Below are positions 10,679-20,262 of a DNA stretch of 64,000 nt, piece after piece. The stretch is taken from positions 160,704-224,703 of IMG/VR virus record IMGVR_UViG_3300036770_007495. One strand, 5' to 3'. Under the pieces are notes generated by a model, which had not been told where the DNA came from, searched no databases, and worked only from the letters and a program-made list of their open reading frames with translations. Position numbers and translations under genes: made by a program. Each line of letters begins with the position of its first letter. Within the stretch, counting starts at the first letter, position 1.

Positions 10679-13650
10679 TAGTTGAAGAAGAGAGCACCAT
10701 TTTGTGCATTGAAAGATGCATTGGCTGTTGACAACACATCAATGGTGGAGAATGTTGACAAAGCATTTACAAAGTTGTAAGTGAATGGCAAATCATCAGG
10801 AGCAAACACACCTGTCAAGTTGTCATCAAACACAATGGCATCACCAACCAAATTAAACCATGCGGCAAAAACATATGACATGTTGTTGAGGTCATAACCT
10901 GTCCATGACAATGCATATTTGTCATTCTGCTGTGCATATGAAACATTTGCATTTCCATAACGAACAATGTTGACGCTGCTCAATGGATTTGCAAACATTG
11001 AAGATAATGTTGATACATCTGCATTTGTTGGGAATTTCTTTTCAAATGCATTTGTTTTGACATTGTATCTGTAGATGGTTGGGTAAATGCATTTTGCATT
11101 GGTTGCACTCAAAGCATCTTCAAGCAATGTTGTTTTGAATGTCCAGACATCATTTGTATGTTCCACAAAGAAGCTGTTGGAGCATTGCTCATTTGCATTG
11201 ATAGTGATGGTGCTGTTGAATGTGCCAGTTTTGATGAAGTTGCCTACATCATCCATTTCAATTTTATCAAACACAACATAGTGAGGTGTTTTGATGATGA
11301 TGGTGTTGTAAATGAGATTGAAATTCTCAACACTTGTTGAGTAAATTTCATTTTTAACTGCAGCAGGATACTTGAAGAAGGTTGCAGACAATGCTGATGA
11401 GAGCGGCATCACCTGATTCTGAATGATGTTTTTCACAAGAATGCTACCAATCTTAGCTTTGATTTGCTCAAGTGTTTCATTGCTAATTTGTGCACTTGCT
11501 GCAACAATGGTAGTACATTCAGGATTTACTACTCCAATGTAATTGTCTAGTGATTCAGAATAATCATAATCAGCAATGGTGTAGCATTCATTGTTGAAGT
11601 AGTTGCTGTCAAACACCTGATAGATGTTGCTAGAGAGTGCTGGTGCTACAACAGTTGCTGTCAAAGCAGCCATGTTTCTACCAGGCACAAGCACATTGGT
11701 AGCGCTCAAACCTGCATCACACAAAATTGCATAATACACTTTGGAGTTGGCATTCCATGCAACAGAATCTGATGATACATCTGGTAAGATTGAATTGTCA
11801 GGTGCAGCAAAAAAGCCACCATCTCTGATGGAGCAAATGTAATTTGGATTGATGCTTGCGCATGCAAAGTATGGTGAGTATTCTCTAAAGTAAAGAGTGT
11901 ATTTGCTGCCTGTGAGTGTAAACATTCCTGCACTTGCAAATGTGTATCCAGTGGAGAAGGTTCCACCTCCAGGAGGCAATGCATCAATGGTCTTTGCAGT
12001 CAATCCTGTTCTGATGGATCCAAAATAATCATCATCTACAATTGCATAGTCGAAACCAAATCCTTGTTCAACATCATTGAATACATGTCCATCAATGGTG
12101 ATGCATTTGGAGTTGATGTTGTTGATGTTGTTGATGTTTTGATTGTAACGCTTGACATCTTTGAGCAAGCCAAATTCATTGCCATACACATCCTGCTTGT
12201 ATTGTGTAAAGATGCCTTCATCAAAAACGCGCTGCAAATGCACATCAAATGCAGATGCATTGTGTGTGTCAGCATTGATGTACAGAGGTTCAGAAAAGTA
12301 TGCAAAGAAGTTTTGCAAATACTCACTGCTCTTGATGTATCCATAAGCAAGACCTGCATCAAGCTTTTTGACATTGCCAGAATAGTCTATTGCAAACTGC
12401 AAAGGATATGGCAAATTGCTGAAGTAAAAATTGGTTACATTGCCATAAATGTTTGGATCAGGAAATACGTAAACATGGTTGGGCTTCAAGCTGCCCTGAT
12501 TTACATAATATGACTTGCTGGGAGCAGCAAATTGCAACACACCCATTTTGTCTGGGCGGAAAAACAATCCCAGCTGCTGGGCAGTTTTGAGTTGATCTTC
12601 TGGAACAGTTGCTGTGGTAACAAATCGTTTGTTGACAAGATTGCCACATGCATTTTCAGCCTTGAAAAGTGTGCCTGAAACAAACTGACTTTGCGAGTTG
12701 GTGGACAGGTAATAGAAGTCTGTACCAATGTATTTTTGCACCAATTTGCGCTTGAGTGCATATGTGGAAGACAATGCTTGTGTATCTGCATTGAGCAACT
12801 CAGCAATGGGATTGATTTCGCAATTGAAATCAAACAAAGTTTTCTCAATGAAGCGCTGCGGATTAATGACCAAGCCTGCACCAATTTCTTTGAGATAAAA
12901 AGGTGTTGCAAAGATGTCTGCAAGAACAGCATTGCTAAATCCAAGAAACAATTGCGCAGAAATTGTATTCACATTGCTTGTGAAGTACTTGCGACGCAAT
13001 TCATTTGTTATCTGCAAATCATCAGGTGTTGCAGATGGATCCAAATCAAAATAATTGCTGTATGTATCAAAGTAGTCAACTACATCAATTTGCAAAGTCT
13101 GCGCAATCTGCTGCAAATCAATGTTGATTGCGCCTTCATCTTCTGCTGCATACAAATAGTCAATGATGTTTTGAAATACTGTTTTCTCAATGGATGTTGT
13201 TGATCCTTTGATGCGTACTTCTTGAGATCTGGACTTTATTGCTTCACGCTTTTTAGCATAAAACAAGCAGATGTCTTTGAGCTTTTGAGCATAAAATGGA
13301 ATTGCAATGGCAAGATCTGATGCATCATCATAATCAAGATTGCTGAGAAATCGCTTCTCATCAATGGTAGTAAAATTGATGGCAATGTCTCTGAGCAGAT
13401 CCACATAACGCTGCCTGATTTCATTGGTTTGAACTGCAGGTGTTTCATTGGTCTGCAAATACCATTGCTGCAAATAATCATTGTAGCCTTGAGTAAATTG
13501 CTCTGGCGTAGCCACCTGCTTGGAATACTTGAGATATTCAAAGAAGGAGAATGGCTGAAAATTGTCCAAAGTGTCGGCGGTGCCAACGTTTGCATTGGTT
13601 ATTGAGTAGTCAACTGTTGCAGACCCAAAGTTGAAGTTGTTAGATGCCAT
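10678..13650 (-). CDS. Large putative baseplate/virion protein (~990 aa)
   Basis: Long ORF in the structural cluster with TAAATA 6 nt upstream of the ATG at 13650. No family recognised. Confidence 0.55.
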   Translation of the reverse strand: MASNNFNFGSATVDYSITNANVGTADTLDNFQPFSFFEYLKYSKQVATPEQFTQGYNDYLQQWYLQTNETPAVQTNEIRQRYVDLLRDIAINFTTIDEKRFLSNLDYDDASDLAIAIPFYAQKLKDICLFYAKKREAIKSRSQEVRIKGSTTSIEKTVFQNIIDYLYAAEDEGAINIDLQQIAQTLQIDVVDYFDTYSNYFDLDPSATPDDLQITNELRRKYFTSNVNTISAQLFLGFSNAVLADIFATPFYLKEIGAGLVINPQRFIEKTLFDFNCEINPIAELLNADTQALSSTYALKRKLVQKYIGTDFYYLSTNSQSQFVSGTLFKAENACGNLVNKRFVTTATVPEDQLKTAQQLGLFFRPDKMGVLQFAAPSKSYYVNQGSLKPNHVYVFPDPNIYGNVTNFYFSNLPYPLQFAIDYSGNVKKLDAGLAYGYIKSSEYLQNFFAYFSEPLYINADTHNASAFDVHLQRVFDEGIFTQYKQDVYGNEFGLLKDVKRYNQNINNINNINSKCITIDGHVFNDVEQGFGFDYAIVDDDYFGSIRTGLTAKTIDALPPGGGTFSTGYTFASAGMFTLTGSKYTLYFREYSPYFACASINPNYICSIRDGGFFAAPDNSILPDVSSDSVAWNANSKVYYAILCDAGLSATNVLVPGRNMAALTATVVAPALSSNIYQVFDSNYFNNECYTIADYDYSESLDNYIGVVNPECTTIVAASAQISNETLEQIKAKIGSILVKNIIQNQVMPLSSALSATFFKYPAAVKNEIYSTSVENFNLIYNTIIIKTPHYVVFDKIEMDDVGNFIKTGTFNSTITINANEQCSNSFFVEHTNDVWTFKTTLLEDALSATNAKCIYPTIYRYNVKTNAFEKKFPTNADVSTLSSMFANPLSSVNIVRYGNANVSYAQQNDKYALSWTGYDLNNMSYVFAAWFNLVGDAIVFDDNLTGVFAPDDLPFTYNFVNALSTFSTIDVLSTANASFNAQNGALFFN

Positions 13651-13693
13651 CACAGTTATTTAAACGCATGGCGCAGAAATGTAAATCATTTTA

Positions 13694-14152
13694 TCAACGG
13701 TACCAGGAATCATTACGCTCAAAAGCATCTTGAAGAGTTGATTCAGCAATTTCCATTTCTTCAAAAGTTACATCCTCAGTAACATCTACAGCATCTTTGT
13801 GTTCATCACCAACTTCAAAAATGCCTGTTACTTCCAAATCTTCAATTTCAGGCCAACGACTTCCAATGTATCCATTTGATGCATTTGGACGCTCTTCTTC
13901 TATGGTGTATGTAACTTCTCCTTCAAGCACATAATCACCTGGTCTGTTTGGAAATTTCACAGTAATGTCATCACCCTTCCATGTCTGCTGAACGAATCTA
14001 AAATCATCATCAAGATCACCATCATAGTCACGTTCTTCTTCCTGCTCCGCAGCAGAAGCAGAATGATCGTACTGCTCAACGTTTTCTTCACGCTTCTGCT
14101 TTTCTTTGGTTTCATTGTATACAACTCGATTGTAGAGTCTGTTAAAATTCAT
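13694..14152 (-). CDS. Acidic late protein, possible internal head protein
   Basis: 152 aa, very D/E-rich. TAAATA-N5-ATG; N-terminus MNFNRLYNRVVYNE. Confidence 0.55.
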   Translation of the reverse strand: MNFNRLYNRVVYNETKEKQKREENVEQYDHSASAAEQEEERDYDGDLDDDFRFVQQTWKGDDITVKFPNRPGDYVLEGEVTYTIEEERPNASNGYIGSRWPEIEDLEVTGIFEVGDEHKDAVDVTEDVTFEEMEIAESTLQDAFERNDSWYR

Positions 14153-14160
14153 AATGCTAT

Positions 14161-14625
14161 TTAATACTCGCCAATTGTTATTTTTGACATGGTTTTGTAC
14201 AGCTGCAGCACATATTTGAACTGTTTTTCATGCTTGCGGCACATTTTTTCTGCAGGTGAGCTAAAGTATTTGGACTCTGGCACAATTTGCTTTTCATGCC
14301 ACTTCATCACATTGAATTGATGCCAATGCATCATCTCATGCATGATGCTGATGAACAATTGTTTTTGTAGTTTTTTTGCATCAGTGCATTCAATTATTCT
14401 GTTGCACAAAAAAACTTCATCCTCAAATGCATAATATCCATAATTTACATCATCTCTCTTGTCTACTCTCAATGCAATGTAATGATGCTTTACTGGTGTT
14501 GAATCACAGTCAAAATGAACATTGTAGAATGCTGTATATGCAGCACCAAAAGTGACGCAATCAAAATTACACTCATCAAGAATTTTCTTGGCTATGCCTG
14601 ATGGATAAAAATGAAATACTTTCAT
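14161..14625 (-). CDS. Putative zinc metallopeptidase (HEXXH)
   Basis: LFISIMHEMMHWHQ. Start set at ATG 14625 because the longer ORF-track extension is antisense to a real gene. Confidence 0.6.
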   Translation of the reverse strand: MKVFHFYPSGIAKKILDECNFDCVTFGAAYTAFYNVHFDCDSTPVKHHYIALRVDKRDDVNYGYYAFEDEVFLCNRIIECTDAKKLQKQLFISIMHEMMHWHQFNVMKWHEKQIVPESKYFSSPAEKMCRKHEKQFKYVLQLYKTMSKITIGEY

Positions 14626-14643
14626 AGCTTTTGCAAATGGGCA

Positions 14644-14668
14644 TAAATAAACTTGTCCATTGTATTTA
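14644..14668. promoter_or_regulatory. Overlapping divergent late-type promoters (TAAATA + at 14644-14649, - at 14663-14668)
   Basis: Motifs seen directly between divergent genes starting at 14625(-) and 14671(+). Confidence 0.6.
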
Positions 14669-14670
14669 CT

Positions 14671-15081
14671 ATGAGCTTTCCAACATTCAAAACATTTTTT
14701 GAAACTACTGCAACTGATCCGACTGTTAATAAAGCTGTCAATGGATATGGTGATGGAAATGCTGCAGGCAAAATGAGAACCAGCCGCATAACTGGCACCA
14801 GCAAAAACCCAAATTTGCTTGCTCAAAGCTCCATCAACACTCAAACTGCAACTAAAAACAACAAGATTGACAAAGTTGCAAATAATCCTGCAGCACAAGA
14901 AGTTTTGAATGATCTTGATTTGCAAGAAATTCAAAACACTCACGGCATTGATTTGAATCAAATGCAAAATGATCAGCCCAAGCAAGTCAATGCAAAAATT
15001 AATGCAGCAGTTGTAAAGTCTGTTGATGCAACAGGCAAGCCAATTTACAGATTGATTCACTACAAGCCAATTCAGCAATGA
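14671..15081 (+). CDS. Hypothetical late protein, possible internal head protein
   Basis: N-terminus MSFPTFKTFFE resembles T4 IPI MKTFKEF. ATGA overlap with the next gene. Confidence 0.55.
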   Translation: MSFPTFKTFFETTATDPTVNKAVNGYGDGNAAGKMRTSRITGTSKNPNLLAQSSINTQTATKNNKIDKVANNPAAQEVLNDLDLQEIQNTHGIDLNQMQNDQPKQVNAKINAAVVKSVDATGKPIYRLIHYKPIQQ

Positions 15082-15872
15082 GTTACTACTCCGGAGCATA
15101 TCAAGCACCAACATGCGGCGTGTTTTACACTGGCGCTAACAATGGAAACTTTGATTGTCAAGTCAATGTCAACAACTTGAACAACAATGCTTCTGAACGT
15201 GAAACCATCTCCAATTCCATTCAAGAAGCCATCAATCGATTTGGATCCACTGTAGCATACTATGTGAATACATACAATGTATCTGCTGCAAACAACATTT
15301 ATGGTGAAGATCCAACCAGCACATTCTTTGGTCCAACCAATGTGGTGATGTACATCAAATTGTCTGAAAATTCAGTTACATTGCGCAGATTTGGCTTTGA
15401 TAGTGGTGATGACATTACAGCATATGTGCACATCAGTTCATATTATGCAACATTTGCACCATTGAGTGTGTATCCTGCATTGCAGCAAGCCATTGAACCC
15501 AAAGCAGGTGATGTATTCCAGATGATTCAGTATGGTGCAACCAGACCAGGTGATCGCAATGGCAAATTCTTCGAAATCACTGAAAGAGTTGATCAAGAAA
15601 TGGATGATCCAAGCATGAATCCATTGGGTGGACACTACATGTGGAAATTGCGTGCTCGCCGTCTTGACTTTAGCTTTGAGCCTGGATTGTCTGGTGAAAG
15701 AGGTGCTGCACAGGTGTTTGACAATGCTCTCAATGGCATCATGCCTGGCGGTACACAACAACCTTCACCTGACAAGACATATCCCGGCAGCGCAGATGCA
15801 GAAAGCCTCAACATTTTTGATCAAAGTGTAAACAACACAAGTGTTTATGGAGAATATGGTTACAACCCTTGA
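15078..15872 (+). CDS. gp14: Neck protein, T4 gp14-like
   Basis: QEAINRFGSTVAYY...IYGEDPTSTF...FGFDSGDDIT...EPKAGDVF parallels T4 gp14 ESIQMRGVECYY...IFGEDL...FGMQVQDEVT...EPKEGDLI. Confidence 0.8.
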   Translation: MSYYSGAYQAPTCGVFYTGANNGNFDCQVNVNNLNNNASERETISNSIQEAINRFGSTVAYYVNTYNVSAANNIYGEDPTSTFFGPTNVVMYIKLSENSVTLRRFGFDSGDDITAYVHISSYYATFAPLSVYPALQQAIEPKAGDVFQMIQYGATRPGDRNGKFFEITERVDQEMDDPSMNPLGGHYMWKLRARRLDFSFEPGLSGERGAAQVFDNALNGIMPGGTQQPSPDKTYPGSADAESLNIFDQSVNNTSVYGEYGYNP

Positions 15873-15896
15873 TTTTTCATTGCATGGTGTTATTAT
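15869..15896 (+). promoter_or_regulatory. sigma70-type promoter (TTGATT-N16-TATTAT with extended TG)
   Basis: Motif seen directly. The ATG at 15904 is 7 nt after the -10. Confidence 0.55.
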
Positions 15897-15903
15897 TTGA
15901 TAG

Positions 15904-16620
15904 ATGATCACATTTGATGAAGCAAATCACAAGTATTACAATGAGTTTGGCACTGAATACATTAGTGTAACAACTTTTTTGAATACATTAAAGAAGCCTT
16001 TTGATACTGAAAAGCACGCTGCACGTGTTGCTGAAAAGAACAATACTACACCTGATGCAATCAAAGCAACATGGAAAGCATTGACTGTTGAAGCTCAAGA
16101 AAAGGGCAAGGCTTTTCACAAAGCCATGGAAGATTACATCAAATATGGAGAGATTGATGCTCAATATTCAGATCTCATCAAAAGTCTCAACAAGGCCAGT
16201 GAAGGCTTCAAGGCCAACAAGAAGACAGCAGAAGGTTTGCTGTGGAATGATGAATCACAAATTGCAGGAACAGCGGATTTGGTGTTGGAAAATGATGATG
16301 ATTTCTTCATCTTGGACTTCAAAACCAACAAAAAGTTCACTTTTATGAATGCTTTTGGTGAAAAATTACTTGCACCTCTCGACTTCTTAGATTATTGTGA
16401 GTTTACAATTTACTCTTTGCAATTGTCCTTGTATGCTTACATGAAGCAAAAGCTCACTGGAAAGCACTGCAAGGGGTTGAAAGTGCTTTACTTGACTGTA
16501 AATACATTCAACAACACAAGATATTGGAGAGAAATTCCCATCATCTATTGCAAAGACACCATTGAAAAACTAATACAACATCGCAAAGCATCTCTATCTA
16601 CACAGCATGCAAATACATGA
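15904..16620 (+). CDS. PD-(D/E)XK exonuclease (lambda-exo/Cas4-like fold)
   Basis: YISVTT...GKAFHKAME...EGLLW...IAGTADLV...ILDFKT...YSLQLSLYAYM. Confidence 0.85.
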   Translation: MITFDEANHKYYNEFGTEYISVTTFLNTLKKPFDTEKHAARVAEKNNTTPDAIKATWKALTVEAQEKGKAFHKAMEDYIKYGEIDAQYSDLIKSLNKASEGFKANKKTAEGLLWNDESQIAGTADLVLENDDDFFILDFKTNKKFTFMNAFGEKLLAPLDFLDYCEFTIYSLQLSLYAYMKQKLTGKHCKGLKVLYLTVNTFNNTRYWREIPIIYCKDTIEKLIQHRKASLSTQHANT

Positions 16621-17020
16621 TACTGCAAATAGTCGGTTCTCCAAATCCAAAGTTGAAGAGTTTTGGAGAATGGTTGAAGGGGTAAAATGGGAAGAAGGCC
16701 GTAGTGCTGAAACCATTAAATTGGATCTGATGAAAATCATGACTCCCTCTTGTGCTGAAACCAACAAGCGCATTGCTTATTTCTATGCTCTGCATTTGGT
16801 TGATGCTTTCAAAAAGTGGCAGCATACAGCAGGTGATGAAGAGAAGTATGACATGATTGATCTTGAATTTGCTGCAAGCAATGCAGTTGGTGGTGGTAAA
16901 TTCAATTATGATCAGTTTGTTGCTGCACCGCAGTATCTTGCAGCAGAAGCTAATAATGTGTCTATTGAAGACAACTTCATGAAATGCTTGCCAACTGATG
17001 ATGATTACTACTATCAATAA
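16607..17020 (+). CDS. Hypothetical protein
   Basis: 137-aa ORF overlapping the exonuclease 3' end and ending before a terminator. Confidence 0.6.
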   Translation: MQIHDTANSRFSKSKVEEFWRMVEGVKWEEGRSAETIKLDLMKIMTPSCAETNKRIAYFYALHLVDAFKKWQHTAGDEEKYDMIDLEFAASNAVGGGKFNYDQFVAAPQYLAAEANNVSIEDNFMKCLPTDDDYYYQ

Positions 17021-17040
17021 TTAAAACAACAATCAACAAC

Positions 17041-17074
17041 AAAAAAAAAGAGCGGCATTTCTGCCGCTCTTTTT
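17041..17074. terminator. Bidirectional rho-independent terminator
   Basis: A-tract, GAGCGGCA-TTTC-TGCCGCTC hairpin (GAAA loop on - strand), T-tract; lies between convergent genes. Confidence 0.85.
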
Positions 17075-17097
17075 GTTTTCAATGTTCTCTTTTACTC

Positions 17098-17904
17098 TCA
17101 GTCAAAGATTGATTTGCCAGGAGTGAGCTTGCTGTTGACTTTCATGCTGCCTTTGCTCATGAGAGTCTTGCCCTTGTCACCAAGTGCCTTTGGTTCTGCT
17201 TCAAGATCAACGTTAACAGAGGCATCAGCCTTGCCGCCAGTCTTGCCTGTTACAGTACCGCCCACTTTCATCTTGCCCTTGCCCATGAGATCATGGCCTT
17301 TGTTGCCAATTGGCTTTGGAGAAGGCTCAACTACAACGCTTTCTGGAAATGCTCCTTCATCTTCGTCTTCATCATCCATCATCTCATCACCGAGATCAGC
17401 GCCAAGATCTTCTGCGCCCAATTCTTCATCGGTCATTTCATCTTCCATGCCGCCTTCAAGCTGGCCCATGAGTGCATCATGAAGCTTCTGTGCAAGTTCA
17501 CGTGGAAGAGAAATTGTGATTTCTGTTTCATCACCCATGTCATCAGAAACATCAACATCAAGAGCTTCAAGGTCTTGGTTTTCAGTATCCATGTCAGATG
17601 GGTTGTCCATCACTTCTTCGTAGAGAGTATCAAAAAGAGATTTTTGTGTCATACCGGTATTTAGGGCCACTGCCTGTGCTTTTTCAACTCCTAAAGAAAA
17701 TTTTTGAGGCTCAAACAAATTATTTTTCTTGCCCTTCTTGGAGTCCAGTGCTGGTACAAAGCCTGAAGCATTGGCAGGGCCACCTTTTTTGTCCATGTCC
17801 ATGATTTCAGCGCCCATGGTTGGCTTTTTAATTTTCATTGTTGGCAGTGGCTTGCCGCCTTTGCCGCCTTTGAGTTTGATTTTGACTGTAGATTTGCGTT
17901 GCAT
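17098..17904 (-). CDS. Late protein with basic ends and acidic centre (probably disordered; possible head-internal/scaffold protein)
   Basis: K/G-rich termini, D/E-rich core, duplicated C-terminal motif. TAAATA-N5-ATG at 17904. Confidence 0.6.
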   Translation of the reverse strand: MQRKSTVKIKLKGGKGGKPLPTMKIKKPTMGAEIMDMDKKGGPANASGFVPALDSKKGKKNNLFEPQKFSLGVEKAQAVALNTGMTQKSLFDTLYEEVMDNPSDMDTENQDLEALDVDVSDDMGDETEITISLPRELAQKLHDALMGQLEGGMEDEMTDEELGAEDLGADLGDEMMDDEDEDEGAFPESVVVEPSPKPIGNKGHDLMGKGKMKVGGTVTGKTGGKADASVNVDLEAEPKALGDKGKTLMSKGSMKVNSKLTPGKSIFD

Positions 17905-17909
17905 AGCAT

Positions 17910-17930
17910 TATTTAGGGCTGCAATAAATA
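17910..17930. promoter_or_regulatory. Back-to-back late promoters (TAAATA - 17910-17915; + 17925-17930)
   Basis: Drive the 17904(-) gene and the terminase (17939,+). Confidence 0.7.
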
Positions 17931-17938
17931 AAAGCACT

Positions 17939-19657
17939 ATGGCAAATAAAAAAGGTGACTATTATCTCAACAATCCTGCGCTGCCTACCAGCAGGGCAGA
18001 GTTTGAGTATACACCAGAAATGTTGAAGGACATCAAAAAATGCGAGCAGAACTTGCTATTTTTTGCTGAAAACTATTTTTACATCATTGATCCAGATGAG
18101 GGCAGAACCATCATCAAGCTCTACAAGTATCAAAAAGATGCTTTGAGAATGCTGCGAGACAACAGATACAATTTGTTGCTTGCAAGTCGACAAATTGGTA
18201 AAACCACATTGCTGACCATTTATGCACTGTGGATTGCATGTTTCAATGAAGATCAAAACATCATGATTGTGGCTAACAAAGAGAGCACAGCCATTGAAAT
18301 CTTCCGAAGAGTGCGTCTAGCATATGAGCAATTGCCCAACTGGCTCAAGCCTGGTGTTGATGAATATGGCAAGACTAGTATGACGCTCAACAATGGTTCC
18401 AGAATTGGTATTTCCACAACAACAGGCAGTGCTGCTCGTGGTACTTCCTTGAATGTATTGATTCTTGATGAGTTGGCTTTCATTGATCCACCTTCCATCA
18501 TGGAAGATTTCTGGCGTTCTGTGTGGCCTACCATTTCTCGCTCTAAAAAATCCAAAGTTCTCATTGCATCCACTCCCAAAGGCACAGACAACTTGTTTTA
18601 TCAATTGTATGATGGCTCAGTAAAAGGTGAAAATGGCTTTGCCAGCATGACCATCAAATGGGATGCTGTGCCAGGGCGTGATGAAAAGTGGAAAAAAGAA
18701 CAAATCAAGCAAATTGGCAGCGTTGAATCATTCCTCCAAGAATATGAATGTGAATTTTTGCAGAGCGGTGAATCTTCCATTGACGTAGAAACATTTGAAC
18801 GCCTCAAGCAAAATTGTTCCATTGCACCCTATTCTTTGGATGATGGCAAGTATATGATTTGGCAGCAGCCCAAAGCAGATAGATTATACATTGTGGGTGT
18901 TGACGTTGCTGAAGGTGTGGGTCAGAACTATTCTGTTGCACAAATTCTCGACATAACTGATTTGACCAACATTGAACAAGTTGCTGTGTATCGAGACAAT
19001 GTAATTGCACCTGCTCAATTCACAACAAAACTGTTTGAGATATTGCAGCAGTGGGGTAATCCATTGGTGCTCATTGAAAGAAACAATTGCGGTGCTCAAG
19101 TTGTTGACAATTTGCGCAACATTCATCAGTATGAGAACATTGTGAGCTATGGTGCTGAACTAGCAGGTCGCAAAAAAGACTTTTTGGGTGTTGTTGCTCA
19201 TACCAACACCAAGCAGCGAGGTGTTCTCAACATGAGATATTGGGTGAATGTGCTCAATTGTGTTCGTTTCAATCACATGCAGACCATCATCGAGCTCAAA
19301 GACTTTGTGCGCAAAGCCAATGGCACATGGAGTGCACGAGGCAATGGCACAGATGACTGCGTCATGAGCCTCATTTGGGCACTTGTTGTTTTGGACAATG
19401 ATCCACAGTTTGGCATTTGCAGCCAATATTTTGAAGTTGTTGACTTGGATGAAAACAGCAAACCAAGAAGCATCAAGCCCATGGATTATGGCCTCAAATA
19501 TTTTACAGCCAACAACAAAAAATTTGATATGTTTGGCAACATGCTAGAGGCATCTAAATATGAAGATGCAGCTACTTTGCCAATTCTGTTTGGTTCTGCT
19601 GGTCAACAAAATGAAGATTTAGCTGACTTAGAATTGCAAGGCTGGAAAATTTTATGA
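17939..19657 (+). CDS. gp17: Terminase large subunit, T4 gp17-like
   Basis: Walker A-like LLASRQIGKTT, Walker B LILDELAF, IASTPKG, RNase H-like GVDVAEG and DDCVMSL. True start is ATG 17939. Confidence 0.95.
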   Translation: MANKKGDYYLNNPALPTSRAEFEYTPEMLKDIKKCEQNLLFFAENYFYIIDPDEGRTIIKLYKYQKDALRMLRDNRYNLLLASRQIGKTTLLTIYALWIACFNEDQNIMIVANKESTAIEIFRRVRLAYEQLPNWLKPGVDEYGKTSMTLNNGSRIGISTTTGSAARGTSLNVLILDELAFIDPPSIMEDFWRSVWPTISRSKKSKVLIASTPKGTDNLFYQLYDGSVKGENGFASMTIKWDAVPGRDEKWKKEQIKQIGSVESFLQEYECEFLQSGESSIDVETFERLKQNCSIAPYSLDDGKYMIWQQPKADRLYIVGVDVAEGVGQNYSVAQILDITDLTNIEQVAVYRDNVIAPAQFTTKLFEILQQWGNPLVLIERNNCGAQVVDNLRNIHQYENIVSYGAELAGRKKDFLGVVAHTNTKQRGVLNMRYWVNVLNCVRFNHMQTIIELKDFVRKANGTWSARGNGTDDCVMSLIWALVVLDNDPQFGICSQYFEVVDLDENSKPRSIKPMDYGLKYFTANNKKFDMFGNMLEASKYEDAATLPILFGSAGQQNEDLADLELQGWKIL

Positions 19658-20232
19658 GCGACATTAGACAGGCACCATTCAACAAAGCACGCGTTGACAA
19701 GTTTACACTGGTTGTAAATTTGCCGCCTGCTTTGAAAGGCATCAACAGCAAATTTGAACGCAACAACAAAACAGTGAATTTGGATGCATTGCAATTTTCT
19801 GTGTATGGAACCATCATTCCTGACATTGTTGTACCAGCCATTGAAACACGTTTTGGAGGCAGCACCATTTATGTATCATCTCACAACAGACCATCATTTC
19901 CTGCTGTGAGCATCAATTTCACCATTGACAATGAGTTCAACAATTACTGGTACATCTATCAGTGGCTCAACTTGATGCGTGATGAAAAGGAAGGTGTATT
20001 TGGCATTGTAAATGGCCGCGGCCTTGCTGAATCCAATGCTGCTCTCAAGCAATATTCCACCACTTTCACCTTGTATGGGCGTGATGAATTCAACAACAAT
20101 GTCATCAAATTTGACTATTTTAATGCTTTTCCTACAAAATTAGGCAGCATCACCTGGAATTATCAAGACAGCAAGGAAATAACATGCTCCTTTGATTTTG
20201 TGTTTTCCAACATTACTTCTGCCTTGCTTTAA
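19654..20232 (+). CDS. gp3: Tail completion/tube terminator, T4 gp3-like
   Basis: FSVYGTIIPDIVVP...INFTIDNEFNNYWYIYQWL...FDYFNAFPTKLGSITWNYQD tube-fold pattern, similar to T4 gp3. Confidence 0.7.
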   Translation: MSDIRQAPFNKARVDKFTLVVNLPPALKGINSKFERNNKTVNLDALQFSVYGTIIPDIVVPAIETRFGGSTIYVSSHNRPSFPAVSINFTIDNEFNNYWYIYQWLNLMRDEKEGVFGIVNGRGLAESNAALKQYSTTFTLYGRDEFNNNVIKFDYFNAFPTKLGSITWNYQDSKEITCSFDFVFSNITSALL

Positions 20233-20262
20233 ATTTGTGCCTGGATTTTCATAAATATCTAC

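Noticed and set aside
14622-14660. 12-codon leader peptide MDKFIYAHLQKL coupled by ATGA to the HEXXH gene
   Set aside because: Its ATG is only 2 nt from TAAATA, against 5-8 nt elsewhere, so it probably lies upstream of the transcription start.
15904-16620. Cas4 or CRISPR adaptation module
   Set aside because: No Cas4 Fe-S cysteine pattern, no cas neighbours and no array; stand-alone PD-(D/E)XK exonucleases are common in T4-like phages.
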